DNA of 64,000 nucleotides from Candidatus Latescibacterota bacterium (GTDB lineage Bacteria; Latescibacterota; UBA2968; GCA-2709665): NCBI GenBank assembly GCA_963662665.2, contig CAXXJS010000049.1, positions 28,373 to 92,372 of the forward strand, read 5' to 3'. Shown piece by piece: positions 56,825 to 64,000 of this stretch (position 1 is its first letter; each line of letters starts with the position of its first letter). The notes under the pieces were generated by a model. It saw only the letters and a program-made list of their open reading frames with translations, ran no database searches and was not told where the DNA came from. The position numbers and the translations under genes were made by a program.

Positions 56825-57146
56825 ATTGCGACAGGTACGTGCAGATTACCCCGATTTGACTCCCGGACTGGAATATGGGGTCATTGGGATCGAAGCGGGT
56901 GACTTGCGAGTCTTAAGCGACAGGGGACGGCCTTACCTGTATCCCGCGGAATTGTTCGAAGTGGTGGATCCTCGCGAGCCGGGAGATTGGGTTACGGTGT
57001 ACGGAGATGAAGGAGAGCGGTATGCCTATCCACCGCTTCTGAATGGAAACGGTTTCTTTGAAGATTTCTTCGCCGAAGACGAAAAGGCCGTCGCTGTATT
57101 CTGGCGAACCGTAAACCGGCGCCTGGCAGCGACGATGGCGCTTTAG
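56814..57146 (+). CDS. small acidic hypothetical protein (immunity/antitoxin-like)
   Basis: LT.G.EY.V.GIE.G..R..SD.G.PYLYP..LFEVVD...P..W...YAYP..L...GFFEDFF; overlaps the previous stop by 11 nt. Confidence 0.75.
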   Translation: MTVKLRQVRADYPDLTPGLEYGVIGIEAGDLRVLSDRGRPYLYPAELFEVVDPREPGDWVTVYGDEGERYAYPPLLNGNGFFEDFFAEDEKAVAVFWRTVNRRLAATMAL

Positions 57147-57167
57147 AACCCGTCAGAAATTGCATTC

Positions 57168-57194
57168 GCCCTGCTCATGTCGGCAGGGCTTTTT
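57168..57194 (+). terminator. rho-independent terminator
   Basis: GCCCTGC-N8-GCAGGGC-TTTTT. Confidence 0.7.
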
Positions 57195-57511
57195 ATTGTA
57201 CCGGTGAGATTCGAAATGATAGTGATGATCGCCTGGGCAACGACCGCTGGCGGGCACAGAGCCATTCACGTACCACGGTCGAAAGACAATATGCGCGGGG
57301 TTGATGACCATGCCCCGGGGAACGTAGAACATGCTCAACGCCAACGGTGTGTCTGTAGTGCGAACAAGCCTGCGCCCCGGAACGACGGTCAGGTAGAGGA
57401 AATGACTTGTAAGCCCCGTCGGTTGGGGTTATATTTGGAACTTTTGGGAAAATCTGCACGGCGACCGCGCCAGCATGCCAGCGGCGACATGACGTAAACG
57501 GAGACGTTTCG

Positions 57512-58498
57512 ATGTTGAAATATATCGCGTGGCGAATCCTGATGATGGTCCCCACGCTCTTCGCCATTTCCATTGTGTCGTTTCTGATCATCCAGCTTCC
57601 GCCCGGAGACTTCCTCACCTCCTATCTGGCGCAACTCACCTCAATGGGCGAAACGGTGAGCGAGGAGGTCATCGAGGCGCTGAGGGCGCGGTACGGGCTG
57701 GGCAGCCCGGTTTACGTGCAGTATTGGACCTGGATAACCGGGATCGTTACGCAGGGCGACTTCGGGATGTCCCTGCTATGGGGGCGGCCGGTGAGCGAAC
57801 TGCTGTGGGAGCGGGTCAGCCTTACGGTAATGGTAAGCGCGAGTTCGGTCCTCTTCATATGGGTCGTCGCGATTCCCATCGGCATCTATTCCGCCGTGAG
57901 GCAGTATTCAATCGGCGACTATATTTTCACGTTTCTGGGTTTTCTGGGGCTGGCGACGCCACCGTTTATGCTGGCACTTATCGCGTTGTGGATCGTCTTC
58001 GTTTCCACGGGGAGTGTGCTGGTCGGGCTTTTCTCACCGGAATTCATCGATGCGTCATGGTCGTTCGCAAAAGCACTGGACCTGATCGCCCACCTGTGGA
58101 TTCCAATGGTTATTCTTGGAACCGCGGGAACGGCCGGAACCATCCGCGTGATCCGCGCTCAGATGCTCGATGAACTACACAAGCCATACGTCGTGACCGC
58201 GAGGGCGAAAGGGGTGTCTGAACTGAAGCTTCTTTTCAAGTATCCCGTTCGGATCGCCCTGAATCCCTTCTTCAGCACCCTGGGGTGGCTGCTGCCCCGG
58301 CTGATCGCGGGAGAGATCCTGGTGTCCATCGTGTTGAATCTGCCCACCACCGGGCCGTTGCTGCTGGGCGCGCTCACCAATCAGGATATGTACCTGGCCG
58401 GAAGCTTTATGCTGATCCTGAGCACGCTTACGGTGATCGGGACGCTGATTTCGGATATTCTGCTGGCCTGGGTGGATCCGAGAATTCGCTACTCATAA
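57512..58498 (+). CDS. ABC transporter permease (OppB/DppB type)
   Basis: YIAWRIL, LPPGD, QYW.W, GDFG.S, EAA loop YVVTARAKG, DILLAWVDPRIR. Confidence 0.93.
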   Translation: MLKYIAWRILMMVPTLFAISIVSFLIIQLPPGDFLTSYLAQLTSMGETVSEEVIEALRARYGLGSPVYVQYWTWITGIVTQGDFGMSLLWGRPVSELLWERVSLTVMVSASSVLFIWVVAIPIGIYSAVRQYSIGDYIFTFLGFLGLATPPFMLALIALWIVFVSTGSVLVGLFSPEFIDASWSFAKALDLIAHLWIPMVILGTAGTAGTIRVIRAQMLDELHKPYVVTARAKGVSELKLLFKYPVRIALNPFFSTLGWLLPRLIAGEILVSIVLNLPTTGPLLLGALTNQDMYLAGSFMLILSTLTVIGTLISDILLAWVDPRIRYS

Positions 58499-58584
58499 TT
58501 CTCCCGCTCGCCCGGCCTGGAGAGGAGTCGTTCAAGATCGCTACGGAACCGCATACCAGGAGACGTTCAGAGAATCCGACGTCG

Positions 58585-59772
58585 ATGACGAAGTCATTGA
58601 CGGGCGCATATCGCAAGCTGCAGGAAAAAGGAATTCCCGGACTCCGCCGGCGCCGGAAGGTTGAACCGTCCGGCGAGCAAGCCGGGGCGCGGGTGCTCGT
58701 GGCTTCCCAATGGCGGCTGATGTGGTGGAAATTCCGGAAGCACCAGCTGGCGAAGATCGCGGGCGTCGTTCTGATTCTCTTTTATCTTGTTGCGGGATTC
58801 TGCGAATTCGCTGCGCCGCACGATCCGCACCTCCTGAACACGAAATTTATCCATGCGCCTCCTCAGACGGTTCGTTTTTTGGACGCCGGGGGGGCGTTTC
58901 ATTTCAGGCCCTTCGTGTACCGGCACATCCAGCACCGGGATCCGGTCACGCTCCGCCTTTCCTATACCGAGGACCGATCCCGGCGCTTCCCCGTACAGTT
59001 CCTGGTCGCCGGGGATCCGTATTCCCTCTGGGGGTGGATCCCGATGCAGCGCCATCTGTTCGGCCTGGAGAACGGGGAACGCCTGTTCCTGCTGGGCGCG
59101 GACCGGATGGGCCGGGATCTGCTGTCCCGCATCGCCTACGGCGCCCGGATATCGCTTTCCATCGGCCTGATCGGCATTGCCATCAGTTTCGTGCTGGGAT
59201 TGATCATGGGTGGGATTTCCGGCTATTTCGGCGGGCGGATCGACGACGTGATCCAGCGGCTGATCGAGTTCATCATGGGCATTCCGGGACTGCCGCTCTG
59301 GATGACGCTCAGTGCGGCGCTGCCCCCGGACTGGCCTATCATCCGGGTGTATTTCGGCATTACAATTATTCTGGCCTTTGTGGGCTGGACCGGCCTGGCG
59401 CGCGTGGTGCGCGGCCGCTTCCTGGCTCTCAGGGAAGAGGATTTCGTGATGGCGGCGCGCTTGGGGGGCGCCCGCGAGAGCCGGATTATCGCCAAGCATA
59501 TGGTACCCTCGTTTCTGAGTTACATCATTGCCGCGCTCACGCTGGCGGTACCGCAGATGATTCTGGGAGAAACGGCGCTGAGCTTCATCGGGCTGGGTTT
59601 GCGGTCGCCTGCCATCAGTTGGGGGGTGCTCCTGCAGGATGCGATGAACATCCGGGCGGTGGCGCATTTCCCATGGCTGCTGCTGCCGGGCGTGTTTGTC
59701 ATCGTCGCGGTGCTGGCGTTCAATTTTCTGGGTGATGGGCTGAGAGACGCGGCCGATCCATATACCAGGTAG
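58585..59772 (+). CDS. ABC transporter permease (OppC/DppC type)
   Basis: SQWRLMWWKFRKH, LLGADRMGRD..SR..YGARISL, FVMAARLGGA, SWGVLL, FNFLGDGLRDAADP. Confidence 0.92.
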   Translation: MTKSLTGAYRKLQEKGIPGLRRRRKVEPSGEQAGARVLVASQWRLMWWKFRKHQLAKIAGVVLILFYLVAGFCEFAAPHDPHLLNTKFIHAPPQTVRFLDAGGAFHFRPFVYRHIQHRDPVTLRLSYTEDRSRRFPVQFLVAGDPYSLWGWIPMQRHLFGLENGERLFLLGADRMGRDLLSRIAYGARISLSIGLIGIAISFVLGLIMGGISGYFGGRIDDVIQRLIEFIMGIPGLPLWMTLSAALPPDWPIIRVYFGITIILAFVGWTGLARVVRGRFLALREEDFVMAARLGGARESRIIAKHMVPSFLSYIIAALTLAVPQMILGETALSFIGLGLRSPAISWGVLLQDAMNIRAVAHFPWLLLPGVFVIVAVLAFNFLGDGLRDAADPYTR

Positions 59773-59780
59773 GGAGAACC

Positions 59781-60782
59781 ATGGATCCATCGGTGTTGCT
59801 CGAAGTCCGTGATCTGCGCGCTCATTTTTTTTCCGACGAGGGTACCGTGCGGGCCGTGGACGGGGTGGATTTTCGGATTATGAAGGGAGAGACGCTGGGC
59901 GTGGTGGGCGAAAGCGGCTGCGGGAAGAGTGTGACGGCCCAGTCCATTCTCCAGATTCTGCCGAAAAACGGCAGGATCGTCGAGGGCGAGGTATTTCTGC
60001 ATCTTAACGGAAAGGTCATCGACCTGGCGAGCTTGAAGCCGAACGGCAGGGAGATCAGAAAAATTCGCGGCAAAGAAATCGCCATGATGTTCCAGGAGCC
60101 CATGACCTGCCTGAGCCCGGTCCATACCATCGGGAATCAGATCGAGGAGGCCATCCGGCTGCATCGGAGTGCGGATCGGAAGGAGGCCAGGGAAATCGCC
60201 GTCGATATGCTGCGGAAGTGCGGTATTCCGGAACCGGAGCGGCGGGTGGATGCCTATCCCCACCAGCTGAGCGGGGGCATGCGTCAGCGGGCGATGATTG
60301 CAATGAGTCTGTCCTGCCGGCCCCGTCTGCTGATTGCCGACGAGCCCACAACGGCGCTGGACGTCACGACCCAGGCGCAGATTCTGGATTTGCTGAAGGC
60401 ATTGCAGGAGGAAATCCATACGTCCATTATGATGATCACCCACAACCTGGGCGTGGTGGCGGAACTGGCCGAGCACGCGATGGTGATGTACCTCGGAAAA
60501 GTCGTGGAATTCGCGCGCTGCGAGACCATCTTCAATGAGCCAAGGCATCCGTATACCCGCGCCCTGCTGAAATCCATTCCCCGGCTGGGGCGCAAGGCGA
60601 AAGAGGGCTTGCTATCCATCGAGGGATCGGTGCCGAATCCGTACGAGTTGCCCACGGGCTGCAAGTTCCATCCGCGATGCCCGGACCGGATAGACGGCGT
60701 TTGCGACAGGTACGACCCCGAGTTGACAACGATCGGCTCCGGGCACGGCGTGAGTTGTTTCCTGTATTCCGATCCGTCCTGA
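59781..60782 (+). CDS. ABC transporter ATP-binding protein (OppD/DppD type)
   Basis: [41 protein letters not shown]. Confidence 0.95.
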   Translation: MDPSVLLEVRDLRAHFFSDEGTVRAVDGVDFRIMKGETLGVVGESGCGKSVTAQSILQILPKNGRIVEGEVFLHLNGKVIDLASLKPNGREIRKIRGKEIAMMFQEPMTCLSPVHTIGNQIEEAIRLHRSADRKEAREIAVDMLRKCGIPEPERRVDAYPHQLSGGMRQRAMIAMSLSCRPRLLIADEPTTALDVTTQAQILDLLKALQEEIHTSIMMITHNLGVVAELAEHAMVMYLGKVVEFARCETIFNEPRHPYTRALLKSIPRLGRKAKEGLLSIEGSVPNPYELPTGCKFHPRCPDRIDGVCDRYDPELTTIGSGHGVSCFLYSDPS

Positions 60783-60830
60783 CGCCTTCGCGTTCGGGCG
60801 GTTCCATAGATTTTGCGACGTAGGGAGAAT

Positions 60831-61859
60831 ATGGGCCAGAACCAATCCGTCCTGCTGGACGTGAAGAACCTTCGCAAGTACTTTCCCATTACCGAAGGGT
60901 TCATGAAACGGGTGGTGGGCCAGGTGAAGGCGGTGGACGACGTCAGTTTCGCGATAAAAAAACAGGAGACTCTGGGCCTGATCGGCGAGAGCGGGTGCGG
61001 CAAGACCACCGTCGGCCGGAGCATCCTGAGGGCGATTGAACCCACGGACGGGGAGGTACTCTTCGAGGATGAAGGACGGATGATAGACGTCTGTCGTTTG
61101 TCCCGAAGGGAGTTACGGACGTTTCGCCGGCACATGCAAATGGTGTTTCAGGACCCGTATTCTTCACTGAATCCCCGGATGACGGTTTTCGCTATCGTTG
61201 CGGAGCCGCTTGTGGTGAACCGGATTGCGCGCGGCGAGGAACTGGAGGACCGGGTCGCGGAGTTGCTCAGGGTCGTCGGGCTGGACCCTCAGTTTATGCG
61301 CCGGTATCCTCACGCGTTCAGCGGGGGACAGCGGCAGCGGATCGGCGTAGCCAGGGCCCTGGCGTTGAACCCCAGGCTGATCATTGGTGACGAACCCGTA
61401 TCCGCGCTGGACGTGTCGGTTCAGGCCCAGGTGTTAAACCTGCTCCAGGAACTGCAGGAGCAAATGGGGCTCACCTATTTGTTCATCTCCCACGATCTGG
61501 CCGTGGTTGAGCATATCAGCGACCGCATCGCGATCATGTACGTGGGCCGGATCGTGGAACTGGCCGATGAAGAGACGTTGTTCGCCACGCCCAGACACCC
61601 TTATACCGAAGCGCTACTGTCGGCCGTTCCAAAGCCCGATCCTGCATACAAGAAGCGGAAGATCGTGCTAAAGGGCGAAGTGGCCGATCCGGCGAATCCG
61701 CCTTCGGGATGCTATTTTCATCCGCGCTGCCCGTACGCGGAGGACGTGTGCCGCGAGGATTCGCCTGAACTCGTCAACGTCGCGCCGGCCGATTCGGACC
61801 CGCATTTCGTACGCTGCCATTTCAGCGACACACTGAACCTGGTAGGCATCGAAACATGA
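60831..61859 (+). CDS. ABC transporter ATP-binding protein (OppF/DppF type)
   Basis: [42 protein letters not shown]. Confidence 0.95.
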   Translation: MGQNQSVLLDVKNLRKYFPITEGFMKRVVGQVKAVDDVSFAIKKQETLGLIGESGCGKTTVGRSILRAIEPTDGEVLFEDEGRMIDVCRLSRRELRTFRRHMQMVFQDPYSSLNPRMTVFAIVAEPLVVNRIARGEELEDRVAELLRVVGLDPQFMRRYPHAFSGGQRQRIGVARALALNPRLIIGDEPVSALDVSVQAQVLNLLQELQEQMGLTYLFISHDLAVVEHISDRIAIMYVGRIVELADEETLFATPRHPYTEALLSAVPKPDPAYKKRKIVLKGEVADPANPPSGCYFHPRCPYAEDVCREDSPELVNVAPADSDPHFVRCHFSDTLNLVGIET

Positions 61860-63787
61860 CAGGATTGCACGAAAAACTCTGCCGAAAAGCCGGTGCCGTG
61901 GTGAGTCGATTCATTTTGGTCGCATGGTTATGTTCGCCTGTTGCGACTGAAGTGGAGGCTTCCGCCGCGGCGCTGAATGAATCGCCGATGCTCCGCAAGC
62001 GGGTCCTCGCGGGCGCGCTTCCACCGCTGCGGGAGCGGTTGCCCGGGGCGCCGGCAGTGGTACAGCCCGTAGAGCGGATCGGCCGGTACGGCGGGACGTG
62101 GCGTCGGGTGCATATGGGCATGCCGGACCGGGCCGGCTGGATGCGGCTGACTTACGATCCGCTTCTGCGCTGGTCCAAGGACTACGCAAGGGTAGAGCCC
62201 AATCTCGCCCGCTCGTGGGAGGTTTCGGAGGATGGGCGGGAGTTCACCTTCCACCTGCGGAAGGGGATTCGCTGGTCCGACGGGGCGCCGTTCACGGCGG
62301 ACGACTACATTTTCTGGTACGAAGACGTGATTCTGAACGACGATCTGAACCCCGTCAAGCCTAGTTGGCTGACGATCGCCGGGGAACTGGGCGTTGTCGA
62401 GCGTGTGGACGACCATACGATCCGGTTTCGTTTCGTGAAGCCGAACGGCGTGATCCTGCAATGGCTGGCATCCTGGACGGACATCGTTGCAGGCCCGCCG
62501 CCGAAGCACTATCTCAAGCAGTTCCACCCCAACTACGTTTCGAAGGCCGAACTGGACGCCGTCGTCGTCGCAGAGGGGTACGACACCTGGATGGCGCTGT
62601 ACGATACCAAGAGCATTGCGTTTCTGAATCCTGATCGTCCTGTCCTGTGTGCGTGGCAGGCGAAGACGGGGGCGGACGCGGCCATCTTCATTGCGGAACG
62701 CAACCCGTATTACTGGAAGGTGGATCCGGAAGGCAACCAGCTGCCCTACATCGACCGGGTGGAGATGACGCTTGTGCAGAGTGCGGAGACGGTAACGCTA
62801 AAGGCCATTGCCGGAGAGGTTGATATGCAGAGCCGGCGGGTCGAATTCATGAATTATCCGTTGCTGATGGAGCACCGGGAGACCGGCGGGTACAGGGTAC
62901 TGCGATGGAAGCCGGCAACCACGGGGCAGGGAACGGTATATCTGAATCAGAACTACACGCATCAGGACTCAATAATGGGCGGGTTGCTCAGAGACCGCCG
63001 TTTCAGACGCGCGCTGTCTCTCGGAATCGACCGCCGGCAGATCATCGATCTGTTCTACATGGGGGTGACTGAGCCCCGGCAGGTCGTCCCATATACGAAT
63101 GAACTGCACGGCGTACCTGGTACCGATACGCTGTACACTTCCTATGACCCGGATCGGGCGAATCGTCTTCTGGACGAGGTCGGACTGTTCCGGCGGGATC
63201 ACGCGGGATACCGGCTGCGTCCCGACGGGAAGCGGCTGAAGTTCACCATTGCCGGATTCACGCCCGGCACGGCCTACGTGGACGTGGCCGAGTTGCTGGC
63301 CTCCCAGTGGACCGCGCTGGGCATCCAGTCCACGGTCAAACCGGAAGACGTCGCGCTGTGGGTTACACGGGCCACGGCCGGCGAACATCATGTCTCCGTA
63401 TACGCCGCTTCGGGCGGGTTTCGGCCTCTAATGGATCCCGTGTGGTTCTTCCCGTCGGCCTCCACGGCGTATTGGGCGCCGCTTCATGGACTCTGGTACA
63501 GCAGCGGGGGAAGGACCGGAGAAAAACCAACCGGAGAAATCGCCCGCATCGTGGAGATTTACGAACGGGCGATGACCACAACCGACGAAAGCGAGCAGGT
63601 GGCGCTGGTGAAGATGGCCGTGCGGCTTCACGCGGAGAATCTCTGGCGGATTGGCGTGTGCGGCGGGTTTGACCAGGTTTTCGTGGTCAAGAATGACTTC
63701 CGCAACGTCCCCGAAACCGGTCTGGGCGATAACCCGCTGCTCACACCGGGTTATACCCATACCGAGCAATATTTCTTCGATCGGTAG
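61856..63787 (+). CDS. ABC transporter substrate-binding protein (family 5)
   Basis: ESPML...[61 protein letters not shown]. Confidence 0.93.
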   Translation: MTGLHEKLCRKAGAVVSRFILVAWLCSPVATEVEASAAALNESPMLRKRVLAGALPPLRERLPGAPAVVQPVERIGRYGGTWRRVHMGMPDRAGWMRLTYDPLLRWSKDYARVEPNLARSWEVSEDGREFTFHLRKGIRWSDGAPFTADDYIFWYEDVILNDDLNPVKPSWLTIAGELGVVERVDDHTIRFRFVKPNGVILQWLASWTDIVAGPPPKHYLKQFHPNYVSKAELDAVVVAEGYDTWMALYDTKSIAFLNPDRPVLCAWQAKTGADAAIFIAERNPYYWKVDPEGNQLPYIDRVEMTLVQSAETVTLKAIAGEVDMQSRRVEFMNYPLLMEHRETGGYRVLRWKPATTGQGTVYLNQNYTHQDSIMGGLLRDRRFRRALSLGIDRRQIIDLFYMGVTEPRQVVPYTNELHGVPGTDTLYTSYDPDRANRLLDEVGLFRRDHAGYRLRPDGKRLKFTIAGFTPGTAYVDVAELLASQWTALGIQSTVKPEDVALWVTRATAGEHHVSVYAASGGFRPLMDPVWFFPSASTAYWAPLHGLWYSSGGRTGEKPTGEIARIVEIYERAMTTTDESEQVALVKMAVRLHAENLWRIGVCGGFDQVFVVKNDFRNVPETGLGDNPLLTPGYTHTEQYFFDR

Positions 63788-63834
63788 ACGCTCCCGTCGC
63801 CGGATGAACTGCGCGATGGGGACCGCGACGGACA

Positions 63835-63871
63835 CAAAAACAGGGAAGTTGAGAATTGCTCCCAACTTCCC
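63835..63871 (-). terminator. terminator downstream of tRNA-Arg (possibly bidirectional)
   Basis: GGGAAGTTG-N11-CAACTTCCC, followed on the minus strand by TGTTTTTG. Confidence 0.7.
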
Positions 63872-63880
63872 GATATAATT

Positions 63881-63957
63881 TGGTGCGGATGCCAGGATTC
63901 GAACCCGGAACCGCCTGGTCCGTAGCCAGGTGCTCTATCCAGTTGAGCCACATCCGC
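63881..63957 (-). tRNA. tRNA-Arg (ACG)
   Basis: GCGGATG...CCTGG-CT-ACG-GA-CCAGG...GGTTCGAATCC...CATCCGC-A-CCA cloverleaf. Confidence 0.96.
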
Positions 63958-64000
63958 ACCGATTCGATGGACCGAAGCGCAATTTTTCATGAATTGCGGG

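Noticed and set aside
1-64000. Many long antisense or alternative-frame ORFs in the track (e.g. 1729-3057, 27531-28826, 44160-45842, 58594-59790)
   Set aside because: Shadow ORFs expected in GC-rich DNA; they overlap well-supported genes and lack family motifs.

Overview
GC-rich bacterial chromosomal window. The paired EF-hand/dockerin-like modules, NxPNPFN FlgD-Ig/T9SS-like C-termini, PhyH-HEAT fusion and oligopeptide-type ABC operon suggest an FCB-group organism such as Ca. Latescibacterota or Gemmatimonadota, possibly host-associated (inference only). The left half (1-36.5 kb) holds metabolic and housekeeping genes: a Gfo/Idh/MocA oxidoreductase, an MFS transporter, a MaoC-CitE-CaiB cluster resembling itaconate catabolism, a selenium-binding protein/methanethiol oxidase pair, nadB, guaA, glnA, hrcA-grpE-dnaJ, an atypical metG, an orphan mraY, amidohydrolases and a GGT. 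From about 36.8 to 54 kb lies an accessory block ending at tRNA-Glu: a one-polypeptide kinase-REC-wHTH regulator, a complete IS1380 element, two tandem sigma54 activators each followed by an enhancer-like palindrome and a -24/-12-like site, and a run of large Ca-binding repeat surface proteins. The right end has a cupin, a GH5 with an inserted dockerin-like domain, a small toxin/antitoxin-like pair, an Opp/Dpp ABC operon and tRNA-Arg. The most striking observation is a complete ribosome-mediated attenuator (promoter, Met-rich 52-aa leader peptide, alternative hairpins, terminator) in front of a methionyl-tRNA synthetase with non-canonical HIGH/KMSKS motifs. No CRISPR array or rRNA was seen.
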